In this document: one piece after another, positions 19,457-28,421 of the stretch
How positions within the stretch are numbered: position 1 is the stretch's first letter
How the letters are laid out: each line of letters opens with the position of its first letter
IMG/VR virus record: IMGVR_UViG_2565956608_000011
Length of the DNA: 36,995 nt
Direction: 5' to 3' (one strand)
DNA from: a virus
Taxonomy: Duplodnaviria; Heunggongvirae; Uroviricota; Caudoviricetes
Program-made: the position numbers and the translations under genes
The notes under the pieces: model-generated
Database searches by the model: none
What the model saw: the letters and a program-made list of their open reading frames with translations, nothing else
Told to the model about the DNA's origin: nothing

Positions 19457-20107
19457 TCAGCGGCTGTCATTGCGCAGTCTGCGCTCCAGCTGCTGTTTGT
19501 CTTTTTTCACGCCACAGCGGGGATCGAGCTGTAACGCATGGTTGAGATGATTAAGGGCGGAAGCCGGGTTGCTTTCACTCAGGACAGCGCCAATCGCTTT
19601 ATGCAGACGCGCCCGTGACTGGTCCGGCATATCCAGACCGTCTGTCAGCTCCAGCGTCTGCAGCAACAGATCGGCATCAAAGCCGGTGGCGGCAAGCATT
19701 GCGCTCTGCGCCGCGTCTGCCATTTCCTCTGCCAGCACGGTCTGCACATTGCGATTACCCAGCGGCATCACCCAGCCATGACGCAGGGCATGACGCCCGA
19801 TCTCCAGCGCCCCGGCATAATCTCCGGCATCAATGCGCCACAGCATCACGTACATCAGCACGTCATCCTGTTGAGCGCCTCCGGCAGCCAGGACACCCTC
19901 TGCCCAGGCGACGTATTTCGGCAGCAGCTCCACCTTGATTTCCGCTTTTTTGACCGTGGACTGAACGCCCTTGAGACGGCGGCGGTCTTCCGCCAGTTGC
20001 AGCAGCATCAGGTCATAGCCCGACGCGTGGCGAACACTGCCGCCCTCGCGGGCGGCCTGTTCAGCCTGAACGCGCAGGCGATGCTGCCGTGCGGGACTCA
20101 GGCTCAT
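19457..20107 (-). CDS. M: terminase endonuclease (small) subunit M
   Basis: 216-aa ORF following the capsid gene. Confidence 0.8.
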   Translation of the reverse strand: MSLSPARQHRLRVQAEQAAREGGSVRHASGYDLMLLQLAEDRRRLKGVQSTVKKAEIKVELLPKYVAWAEGVLAAGGAQQDDVLMYVMLWRIDAGDYAGALEIGRHALRHGWVMPLGNRNVQTVLAEEMADAAQSAMLAATGFDADLLLQTLELTDGLDMPDQSRARLHKAIGAVLSESNPASALNHLNHALQLDPRCGVKKDKQQLERRLRNDSR

Positions 20108-20110
20108 GGA

Positions 20111-21169
20111 TTACGCTCCGGTTTCTGCTGCGGCGGCGCTGAAGTCGCCAATCTGGATGTTTTCCACCAGTGCGGCGCAGCGGTAGTCCTCAACCACATA
20201 GGCTTCGTTAACGGATTCAAAGTTTTCAATCCGGTCACGTTTCGGGTTGTCGATAACTGAACGGCGGCGAGTGTCTTCCTGCCAGTAGATGGACAGGTTA
20301 TCCAGACGGGTGATCAGCAGCGCATTCGGCGGGAAGAACGGCGCACGCACGGCCTGCAGGCCACCCATGCGTTTCTGGCTGATGATCATATCTGCAGCCA
20401 GTTTTTCACTGTTCTCCTGCTCTTTGTTGACCAGCGGGAAATACTTGTCAGACAACAGTTCACGACCGCAAATCACCACCAGATCGTCATCGTCCTGGTA
20501 AACCACGTCGATAAGCTCATTGACGGCATCCATCACCACGGCGTCCAGGTTGGCATATTCGCCACCTTTGCCGACTTTCACTGCGCCCGGTGTGGTTTCA
20601 CCGCCCGTGGTGGTGCTGCCCATGACGTGATCCGGTGCATCCTCACGGATTTTCTGCAGCCAGCCTTTATTTACATCCTGCAGCAGTGGGTTTTCGCTAC
20701 GGTTGGAGGTTTTCGCACGCTTCACGCCGTTAAAACCGATCATGATGCGGTCCAGTGCCTGACGTTTCACGATGGCATCACGGATGCGCACCTGGAAATC
20801 CTGAAACTTCGCCCACAGGTCCAGCTTCGCGTAGGTCAGTACCGTGTCAAAGTTGGTCTGCTCGCATTTATATTCCACATCGACCATTAGCGTCGGATCG
20901 ACAGGCTCACGCTCTTTTGCGGTAGTATCAGTGGTTCCGGCAATGGTGCTGCCAACACCCAGCCCCAGCAACTGACCAGACTGCTCAGTCACTGGCGTGA
21001 CGTTAATCAGCGTCAGGAATGCGGCGGATTGCTGGATCTGGTCTTCCAGCGTCTGCTGCACGGACGGCTCCACAGTGAACTTGCTGGACAGTTCTTCAAC
21101 TGCCACACCGTTCAGACGCGCCAGCTGCTGCAGGTAAGCGTTAAAAGCAAAGCGGGTATTCTTCTTCAT
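20111..21169 (-). CDS. N: major capsid protein N
   Basis: 352-aa ORF recognised as P2 gpN-like. Confidence 0.9.
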   Translation of the reverse strand: MKKNTRFAFNAYLQQLARLNGVAVEELSSKFTVEPSVQQTLEDQIQQSAAFLTLINVTPVTEQSGQLLGLGVGSTIAGTTDTTAKEREPVDPTLMVDVEYKCEQTNFDTVLTYAKLDLWAKFQDFQVRIRDAIVKRQALDRIMIGFNGVKRAKTSNRSENPLLQDVNKGWLQKIREDAPDHVMGSTTTGGETTPGAVKVGKGGEYANLDAVVMDAVNELIDVVYQDDDDLVVICGRELLSDKYFPLVNKEQENSEKLAADMIISQKRMGGLQAVRAPFFPPNALLITRLDNLSIYWQEDTRRRSVIDNPKRDRIENFESVNEAYVVEDYRCAALVENIQIGDFSAAAAETGA

Positions 21170-21185
21170 CAGGTTTTGTGCTCCA

Positions 21186-22019
21186 TCAGCAATTTGTCAG
21201 AGTGTCAGCGGGGGCATTACCGCCTGTTGCACGCTGACGGTAGTCCTGGCGGTTGTCTTCATGGCTCAGCTTGTCCACCAGTTCATTAAAGGCGGTCAGC
21301 TGTGCCTGCAGGGCTGCCTCCAGCTCAGACAGGCGTTCTTCCTGTTCAGACAGGGATTTTTCGGTGCGCGCACTCAGGTTTTGCTGCTCAGTGGCGACCA
21401 GCTCCACGGCCTTATGCACATCAGAGAACCGGGCATCATCGGACTGCTCTTTTTTGGTGAACAGCGCCGTGACACGGGCAAACAGGGATGTTTTTTCGTC
21501 CTGGACTTCTTCCAGTTCGATCACCGTTTCCTCTGCAGCGGTAAAGAGATTGGCGGGGTTCTGCTTGCGGTTTGCCAGCGGGTTATGGGCTGCACTGGCG
21601 CTGAATGTCAGCATTTCAGTGCCCAGACTGGCAGGGTCATCAGTGGCAGCCAGGCCAACCAGGTAGGCTTTGCCCGTATCAGCAAACTTCGGGCTGACTT
21701 CCATAGAGGTGAATAATTTCTGGCCTTTTTTCACCAGCTCCACCAGGGACTCCGTTGGCTCAACGTCGGCATACAGCGCCATCTTGCCTGCCAGTGGACC
21801 TTCCGTGATTTCTTCAGCAAACAGCGCCGTCACCTTGCCGTAGCGGTTAAAGGTGCTGTCCGGCAGATAAGACTTGATGTGCTCAAGGTTAATCAGCGCG
21901 GTATACACCGCCGGGTTGTAGCTGGCTGCCATCTGTTCCAGCCATTCACGCTGGATTTCGCGTCCGTCGGTGGTGGCACCTTCCACCCCGATGCGAAAAC
22001 GCTTTGCTTTCACTGTCAT
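21186..22019 (-). CDS. O: capsid scaffolding protein O
   Basis: 277-aa ORF with C-terminal coiled coil, upstream of N and divergent from P. Confidence 0.85.
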   Translation of the reverse strand: MTVKAKRFRIGVEGATTDGREIQREWLEQMAASYNPAVYTALINLEHIKSYLPDSTFNRYGKVTALFAEEITEGPLAGKMALYADVEPTESLVELVKKGQKLFTSMEVSPKFADTGKAYLVGLAATDDPASLGTEMLTFSASAAHNPLANRKQNPANLFTAAEETVIELEEVQDEKTSLFARVTALFTKKEQSDDARFSDVHKAVELVATEQQNLSARTEKSLSEQEERLSELEAALQAQLTAFNELVDKLSHEDNRQDYRQRATGGNAPADTLTNC

Positions 22020-22097
22020 GAGCCGTGCTCCGTTAGAAAAAACTTACTGGAGCCTTATGGTTGCGGTGATGGGGGCAGTGAAACAATGCGCGGTATT

Positions 22098-22115
22098 TGT
22101 ACCGACAACCACACA
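22098..22115. promoter_or_regulatory. TGT-N12-ACA dyad in the O/P divergent late promoter region
   Basis: TGTaccgacaaccacACA, centred ~55 nt upstream of the P ATG and ~87 nt from the O ATG. Confidence 0.45.
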
Positions 22116-22161
22116 AACCGCAGGCGGGGAAAGCCTTCATTCAAGGCTGTAGGTTTGTGCC

Positions 22162-23928
22162 ATGAACACCACACTGACACCCGCAGATCTCGATCCCCGT
22201 CGGCAGGCCATGCTGCTGTACTTTCAGGGATACCGCGTCGCCCGCATTGCTGAAATGCTGGGAGAGAAAGTTGCAACCGTTCACAGCTGGAAAAAACGCG
22301 ACAAGTGGGGTGACTATGGGCCGCTGGATCAGATGCAGCTCACCACCGCCGCACGCTACTGCCAGCTCATTATGAAGGAGCACAAAGAAGGGAAAGATTT
22401 CAAAGAGATTGACCTGCTGGCGCGCCAGTCGGAACGCCACGCGCGGATCGGCAAGTTTAACAATGGCGGCAACGAAGCCGACTTAAACCCTAACGTCGCC
22501 AACCGTAACAAAGGCCCGCGCCGTCAGCCGGAAAAGAACGTTTTCACCGATGAACAGATTGAGAAGCTGGAAGAAATCTTCCATTCCTCCATGTTCAACT
22601 ACCAGCGCCACTGGTGGGAAGCCGGAAAAACCAACCGCATCCGCAACCTGCTGAAGTCACGCCAGATCGGCGCGACCTTCTATTTTGCCCGTGAAGCCCT
22701 GATTGACGCCCTGCTAACCGGGCGTAACCAGATTTTCCTTTCCGCCAGCAAGGCTCAGGCCCACGTCTTTAAGCAGTACATCATCGACTTCGCCAAAGAA
22801 GTGGAGGTGGAGCTGAAAGGCGATCCGATGGTGCTTCCTAACGGGGCCACGCTTTACTTCCTCGGCACCAATGCCCGCACTGCCCAGAGTTATCACGGCA
22901 ACCTGTATCTGGATGAATATTTCTGGATACCGAAATTCCAGGAGCTGCGCAAAGTGGCTTCCGGTATGGCTATTCACAAGAAATGGCGACAAACCTATTT
23001 TTCCACGCCATCCAGCCTGACTCATAGTGCTTATCCGTTCTGGTCCGGTGCGCTGTTCAACCGTGGGCGCAACAAAGCCGATAAGGTGGACATCGACCTG
23101 TCCCACAGCAATCTGGCCCCCGGCCAGCTGTGCGCTGACGGGCAGTACCGCCAGATAGTCACCGTGGAAGATGCGGTGCGCGGCGGCTGTAACCTGTTCG
23201 ACCTTGACCAGTTGCGCATGGAGTACAGCCCGGACGAATACCAGAATCTGCTGATGTGCGAGTTTGTGGACGATCTCGCGTCCGTGTTCCCGCTCAGCGA
23301 GCTGCAGGCGTGCATGGTGGACAGCTGGGAAGTTTGGACCGACTTTCATGCACTGGCGCTGCGCCCGTTTGGCTGGCGCGAAGTGTGGATCGGTTATGAC
23401 CCGGCAAAAGGTACGCAGAACGGCGACAGCGCCGGATGCGTGGTGGTGGCACCGCCAGCCGTGCCGGGCGGTAAGTTCCGCATTCTTGAGCGTCACCAGT
23501 GGCGCGGGATGGACTTCCGCGCCCAGGCTGACGCCATCAAAAAACTGACTGAACAGTACAACGTGACATACATCGGTATCGACTCAACCGGCGTCGGTCA
23601 TGGGGTTTACGAGAACGTGAAAGCGTTTTTTCCTGCCGTCCGGGAGTTTGTCTACAACCCCAACGTTAAAAATGCCCTGGTACTCAAGGCCTACGACATT
23701 ATCAGTCACCGCCGTCTGGAGTTTGACGCCGGACACACCGACATAGCGCAGTCATTTATGGCAATCCGTCGCGCCACCACCGCCAGCGGCAACCGCCCGA
23801 CCTATGAAGCCAGCCGCAGCGAAGAAGCCAGCCATGCCGATCTGGCGTGGGCAACAATGCACGCACTGTTTAACGAACCGCTGCAGGGCGAGTCCGCCAA
23901 TACCAGCAATATTGTGGAGATTTTTTGA
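22162..23928 (+). CDS. P: terminase ATPase (large) subunit P
   Basis: 588-aa ORF divergent from O, upstream of and overlapping the portal gene. Confidence 0.85.
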   Translation: MNTTLTPADLDPRRQAMLLYFQGYRVARIAEMLGEKVATVHSWKKRDKWGDYGPLDQMQLTTAARYCQLIMKEHKEGKDFKEIDLLARQSERHARIGKFNNGGNEADLNPNVANRNKGPRRQPEKNVFTDEQIEKLEEIFHSSMFNYQRHWWEAGKTNRIRNLLKSRQIGATFYFAREALIDALLTGRNQIFLSASKAQAHVFKQYIIDFAKEVEVELKGDPMVLPNGATLYFLGTNARTAQSYHGNLYLDEYFWIPKFQELRKVASGMAIHKKWRQTYFSTPSSLTHSAYPFWSGALFNRGRNKADKVDIDLSHSNLAPGQLCADGQYRQIVTVEDAVRGGCNLFDLDQLRMEYSPDEYQNLLMCEFVDDLASVFPLSELQACMVDSWEVWTDFHALALRPFGWREVWIGYDPAKGTQNGDSAGCVVVAPPAVPGGKFRILERHQWRGMDFRAQADAIKKLTEQYNVTYIGIDSTGVGHGVYENVKAFFPAVREFVYNPNVKNALVLKAYDIISHRRLEFDAGHTDIAQSFMAIRRATTASGNRPTYEASRSEEASHADLAWATMHALFNEPLQGESANTSNIVEIF

Positions 23929-24953
23929 TGGGAAAGAGTAAGAAGAACCGCGCTGCGGCGACGAATCAGATCCAGCATAAAAACCAGACTACAGCCGAAG
24001 CATTCAGCTTCGGCGATCCCGTTCCAGTTCTGGACCGCCGAGAATTACTGGACTATATGGAATGCGTACAGATGGACCGTTGGTATGAGCCGCCCGTCAG
24101 CTTTGACGGACTGGCGCGCACCTTCCGCGCTGCCGTGCATCACAGTTCCCCGATTGCAGTAAAGTGCAACATTCTGACCAGTACCTATATCCCTCATCCG
24201 CTGCTCAGCCAACAGGCTTTTTCGCGTTTTGTACAGGACTATCTGGTATTTGGTAACGCCTATCTGGAGAAACGCACGAACCGCTTCGGTGAAGTTATCG
24301 CCCTTGAACCTGCGCTGGCAAAATACACCCGACGCGGGTTAGACCTGGATACCTACTGGTTTGTGCAATACGGCATGACCACGCAGCCGTATCAGTTCAC
24401 GAAAGGCAGCATTTTCCATCTGATGGAACCGGACATAAATCAGGAGATCTATGGCCTGCCCGGCTATCTTTCTGCTATTCCGTCAGCCCTGCTCAATGAG
24501 TCCGCCACGCTGTTCCGTCGCAAGTATTACATTAACGGCAGTCACGCGGGCTTCATCATGTACATGACCGATGCCGCGCAGAACCAGGAGGACGTGAACA
24601 ACCTCCGCAACGCGATGAAAAGCGCCAAAGGACCGGGTAACTTCCGCAACCTGTTTATGTACTCACCTAACGGCAAAAAGGACGGGCTTCAGATTATCCC
24701 GTTGTCAGAGGTCGCGGCGAAGGATGAGTTTCTGAATATCAAAAATGTCAGCCGCGATGACATGATGGCTGCGCACCGCGTACCGCCTCAGATGATGGGG
24801 ATAATGCCAAATAATGTTGGGGGTTTTGGGGATGTGGAAAAAGCGAGCTTGGTCTTTGTTCGTAATGAACTTATTCCTTTACAAAAAAGGCTTGAGGAGG
24901 TAAACACATGGGTAAGTGATGAAATAGTTCGCTTTAAAGATTATGTTTTATAG
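23925..24953 (+). CDS. Q: portal (capsid vertex) protein Q
   Basis: 342-aa ORF; P-Q operon as in P2; the last ~50 codons are AT-rich. Confidence 0.85.
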   Translation: MMGKSKKNRAAATNQIQHKNQTTAEAFSFGDPVPVLDRRELLDYMECVQMDRWYEPPVSFDGLARTFRAAVHHSSPIAVKCNILTSTYIPHPLLSQQAFSRFVQDYLVFGNAYLEKRTNRFGEVIALEPALAKYTRRGLDLDTYWFVQYGMTTQPYQFTKGSIFHLMEPDINQEIYGLPGYLSAIPSALLNESATLFRRKYYINGSHAGFIMYMTDAAQNQEDVNNLRNAMKSAKGPGNFRNLFMYSPNGKKDGLQIIPLSEVAAKDEFLNIKNVSRDDMMAAHRVPPQMMGIMPNNVGGFGDVEKASLVFVRNELIPLQKRLEEVNTWVSDEIVRFKDYVL

Positions 24954-24994
24954 TCACCTTAAAATTAAAATAACCATAAAACATTAGTAATCTA

Positions 24995-25016
24995 AAGAGG
25001 CGCTAGAGCGCCTCTT
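24995..25016. terminator. putative bidirectional terminator hairpin between Q and the cargo NTPase gene
   Basis: perfect 9-bp GC-rich stem AAGAGGCGC-taga-GCGCCTCTT; flanking T/A tracts are weak. Confidence 0.4.
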
Positions 25017-25025
25017 CTAATTATC

Positions 25026-26585
25026 TCAACCTTCATAGAGAAGTTTTTTCTTACGTATCTCTTCACTAAATGTCTTGGAATTCAAGTCAATCAAATTAAG
25101 ATCTCGAACTTTTCTAGATGCTGTATATTGACTAGTATCCAGCATATATGCCTCAAAAACTAAGCCATCAGCACCTTTCTTCAAAGTAACCCGAGACTGG
25201 ACTAAATGCACTAATCTTAAATCAATTAACTGGTTAATAGCATCCTTGACAGGGCCAGTCATTTTTTGATTAATTAGAAAAATATTACATTTTGCATCAT
25301 TCAAACAAAATGCCACAAGTTTTGTGAATGCTTCCTCCAAGGCAATACGATCATCATCAGCATCTAATTTAAATTCTTCACGCTTGATATCACCATATTC
25401 ACCAGTAGCAAGATTCACATCTTCTGCACCAATTCGAGGACCTCTAGGATGATCTGGCCCTCTTTCTCTCGCATGGTTAATAGCTTTAGTAAATATCCCA
25501 ATAAAGTCCCTAGTAACACCACCCGAAGCAATAATCAACCTATCTACTGCAGTCGTATTTAATAGTCCATTTACTGTGATAGGCGGCGTTTCTACCATTA
25601 GATTAGTGAGTATTTTTTGCATAAACTGTTTTAAAGTTGCAAATTTTTCCAAAGAAATATCTATATTTATTTCTTTTGCATCATCACCAAGTTTAACACC
25701 AGTAGGAGGATCTGTATGAATATACCATTCACTTCTATGCTTGATAGTACCAATTTTCAACCACAAACCATTTCCTTTGGCAACCCTATGAAAATAATCA
25801 ATAACTTTAGCCTGATCACTTCTTCTAATATGATATAGATCATCAAGTATTAAATATGCCGGCCCTTCAGACAATTCGGAAAGTTTGTTAAAAAACCTTT
25901 GAAACTTAAGTATATTTTGATGTAAGTATTCAGTTTTTAATGATTTATATCCTTCACTAATTTCTTTGGTACCTGTATTTCCTTTTTTAACTCCCACTCC
26001 TACATCTACTGGACCTTGCTTCAAGGAAGCATTACCAGAAGCTTCAAAACTTCTTGTGGAAGTTTCCTTTCTTTGCACATTAATTTCTTCTGGCTGCAAA
26101 AGTTTATTTTCTAAATCTTGAATGATGCCTTTGAGCTCACGGACAAGCTCATTTGTAGGATTTTTTTTGAAAGGTTTCCTTTCCGGCGCTCTACCAAAAA
26201 TTCGATTCCAAAAAGTAGTTTTAGTAGCTGGGGTTAATGCAGCAGTTTCTAACCAAACCTCGAATTCTTGTAGGCTTTTAATAAGAACACTAATTAGGAC
26301 ATCAGGGTATGAATGACCTTTAAATGTCTCCATATCAACAAAAGAAATTGGTCTTCTATCTATTGTTAGATCTGCAACTACCTTCCTCAACAATGAGGAC
26401 TTACCAGAGCCCCTTCTACCAAAAATCAAACTGTGCTGCTTGGCTTTCGATTGAGCAAGAACGCCAGGCGCGGGTTCTATGAATCTCTTGACATTTTCAG
26501 GCGTAGCCCTCATAGCTTCATCACACAAAATGATCAAGTTATCTACTTGTTCATCTCTTAACTGAGATATTTCGTTTTTAGACAT
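25026..26585 (-). CDS. cargo P-loop NTPase of unknown function (candidate anti-phage protein)
   Basis: 519-aa ORF with Walker A GRRGSGKSS (aa ~57-65) and Walker-B-like LILDDL (aa ~240) separated by a Lys/Glu-rich insert; AT-rich unlike the phage backbone; AAGGA RBS. Confidence 0.6.
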   Translation of the reverse strand: MSKNEISQLRDEQVDNLIILCDEAMRATPENVKRFIEPAPGVLAQSKAKQHSLIFGRRGSGKSSLLRKVVADLTIDRRPISFVDMETFKGHSYPDVLISVLIKSLQEFEVWLETAALTPATKTTFWNRIFGRAPERKPFKKNPTNELVRELKGIIQDLENKLLQPEEINVQRKETSTRSFEASGNASLKQGPVDVGVGVKKGNTGTKEISEGYKSLKTEYLHQNILKFQRFFNKLSELSEGPAYLILDDLYHIRRSDQAKVIDYFHRVAKGNGLWLKIGTIKHRSEWYIHTDPPTGVKLGDDAKEINIDISLEKFATLKQFMQKILTNLMVETPPITVNGLLNTTAVDRLIIASGGVTRDFIGIFTKAINHARERGPDHPRGPRIGAEDVNLATGEYGDIKREEFKLDADDDRIALEEAFTKLVAFCLNDAKCNIFLINQKMTGPVKDAINQLIDLRLVHLVQSRVTLKKGADGLVFEAYMLDTSQYTASRKVRDLNLIDLNSKTFSEEIRKKKLLYEG

Positions 26586-26677
26586 TGGAAAATCCTTTTA
26601 GGAAAAAGCTCAAGCTATCAAGAATCCTTTATCCGAACAACTGTTTTAATTTATATATCTATCTGGTTCAGCGCGCG

Positions 26678-26696
26678 CTCGTATCCCCGCCACGCC
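26678..26696 (-). other. cos-like sequence (candidate cohesive-end site)
   Basis: minus strand reads GGCGTGGCGGGGATACGAG; the first 13 nt match the 19-nt cohesive end recalled for 186 (GGCGTGGCGGGGAAAGCAT) and resemble P2 (GGCGAGGCGGGGAAAGCAC); lies in the expected Q-to-A interval. Confidence 0.4.
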
Positions 26697-26966
26697 TGCC
26701 CGCTTTATGTAGTGGTTTTCATGCACCTGCATGCTCTACGCAAAAGCCCGCCAGTTCTGGTGGGCCTTAGCAATAACGATCCTCAAACGATCATGCAATC
26801 TCATGCAGTATAGGCATGCACAACAACTTACCTTAAGAAAAAACATCTGATATGCCCAACTGTTTCGTCTCTTTTCCAGTAGCTTGCTATGGCTTATCTT
26901 TAATGCAACTGTAATCGTGTATGAAGATACAATCCCTACCAATCATAAAAATGAGGAACACAAAGA

Positions 26967-27707
26967 ATGACTGTGCACAAGCTCTCTGGTGCGTTTTTCC
27001 ACGATATGCAGGTTGAGTGGCCCTGCCCTAACTGCAATCAGAAAACCCTACAGATCATTAAAGAAAGTTTCGTCTCGTATGACACACATGATACCCGAAA
27101 ATTCCGCAGTGAAGATTGGTTTGAACCAGAAATGGATTCATCTATTTTCAGTTGCATGGCCCGCTGTTCAAGAATGCAATGTGGTGAAGTTGTGGCCTGT
27201 ACTGGTAAGAGTGGATGGGAACAAGGTTGGGATGAAGAAAGAAATGATATTGAGTACTATCAATGGCACAGACCTTTCACCTTTTACCCATCACTGCATC
27301 CTTTCGAAATACCTAAAAAATGCCCAGAAGAAATTACCGAACCGCTTGAAGCCTCATTTTCCATTTTCCTAATACAGCCTGGCGCAGCAGCAAACCTAAT
27401 TCGAATTTCAGTTGAAAGAATGCTAACCGCTATGGATGTAGCTGAACGTAATGATAATGGCAAACGCATAACTCTACACCACCGTTTAGGGATGCTACCT
27501 GAATTATACGGATCGTTTTCAAGACCTCTTATGGCAATTAAATTTTTAGGAAATGCCGGAAGCCATACCTACGATGAAGTAAAAGTCAAAGACATTGAGG
27601 ATGCTTTTGAGATTATGGAGTACGTCGTCAATGACTTGTTCTCCGGTCGCAAAGAATCTGTCGAAGTATTGACGAAACGATTAAGTGAAAAATTCAAAGA
27701 AAACTGA
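26967..27707 (+). CDS. cargo protein: N-terminal zinc ribbon plus C-terminal DUF4145-like domain (candidate defence protein)
   Basis: 246-aa ORF with GAGGAA RBS; CPNC...C-x3-C-x4-C cysteine cluster; C-terminal region (LGNAGSHTYDEVKVKDIEDAFEIMEYVVNDLF) resembles DUF4145 from memory; AT-rich. Confidence 0.55.
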   Translation: MTVHKLSGAFFHDMQVEWPCPNCNQKTLQIIKESFVSYDTHDTRKFRSEDWFEPEMDSSIFSCMARCSRMQCGEVVACTGKSGWEQGWDEERNDIEYYQWHRPFTFYPSLHPFEIPKKCPEEITEPLEASFSIFLIQPGAAANLIRISVERMLTAMDVAERNDNGKRITLHHRLGMLPELYGSFSRPLMAIKFLGNAGSHTYDEVKVKDIEDAFEIMEYVVNDLFSGRKESVEVLTKRLSEKFKEN

Positions 27708-27835
27708 TCAAGATACAGGTGGTTCACTTTTACGGGCAAAATAACCGCTTTACTTTTGAACCACCTAACACCTCGCTACAATCGTTGTTCAGCCTTGCAG
27801 ATGGTAAAAGCTAGTTTTATCATCCGCAACGTTCT

Positions 27836-28069
27836 CTAATGCAGCCAGCTGTCGTCTTCCCACACCTTCTGCATAATTTTCATCACTTGTTTTCTTTCTT
27901 CGTCCAGTTGCAGTCCGGTCAGTTCCACACCGTTAGAGCTACCTTTGCGGATACGAATTACCGTTTTTGGATACAGGGGGCGCAGATTGCGGTAAAGCTC
28001 GGATTCAAGGGCATCCAGGATAGACTGGCTAATCTTCTGCTCTTTATCGATCATTATTTCAATGCGCAT
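27836..28069 (-). CDS. dinI: DinI-family protein
   Basis: 77-aa product from Met MRIEIMIDK with GAGGTG RBS; N-terminal MRIE and C-terminal WEDDSWL resemble DinI. Confidence 0.7.
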   Translation of the reverse strand: MRIEIMIDKEQKISQSILDALESELYRNLRPLYPKTVIRIRKGSSNGVELTGLQLDEERKQVMKIMQKVWEDDSWLH

Positions 28070-28079
28070 AAAAGTCACC

Positions 28080-28268
28080 TCAACTGATGACATCCATTGA
28101 GCGGTTGTATTCGTGGGTTCTGATTTTTGCCATGAGTTCATCTGTTAGTTCAGAAACCCACTGCAAAGCCAGCCCCTTCTCTTCATCACTACACTCACTA
28201 GCCGCTACAAGCTTAAGAAAAAAATCAATGCGCTGGAGCTTCAAAGACTCCAAAAAATAGTCCTGCAT
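28080..28268 (-). CDS. small SOS-controlled protein, possible Tum-like antirepressor
   Basis: 62-aa product from internal Met MQDYFLESL with AGGAGG RBS; LexA box lies just upstream; position matches the 186 tum operon between A and cos. Confidence 0.45.
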   Translation of the reverse strand: MQDYFLESLKLQRIDFFLKLVAASECSDEEKGLALQWVSELTDELMAKIRTHEYNRSMDVIS

Positions 28269-28311
28269 TTTTCCTCCTATGACACCACAAGCAATACTGT
28301 ATGCATAACCA

Positions 28312-28327
28312 CTGTTTATATTTACAG
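28312..28327. promoter_or_regulatory. LexA operator (SOS box) overlapping the promoter of the small-protein/dinI operon
   Basis: CTGTTTATATTTACAG (CTGT-N8-ACAG) within CACTGTTTATATTTACAGTA; candidate TTTACA -35 and TATACT -10 on the minus strand overlap it. Confidence 0.7.
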
Positions 28328-28421
28328 TATATAATAATCTTACTGATGTAAAACGTTTTTTTACGTTCATCAGCCTGATATGCCTGGTATTATTAAGAGC
28401 ACGAATTGTTAACCCGCGTAA

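Noticed and set aside
22714-23496. 260-aa minus-strand ORF antisense to terminase gene P
   Set aside because: Entirely within P on the opposite strand; typical GC-rich antisense open frame with no independent support.
26585-26942. 61-aa and 68-aa ORFs in the cos-like intergenic region
   Set aside because: Short, overlapping, no RBS, and covering a region better explained as cos/regulatory DNA.
28269-28370. N-terminal extension of the 96-aa ORF upstream of dinI
   Set aside because: It would be translated across the LexA box and promoter; the internal Met with an AGGAGG RBS is the more plausible start.
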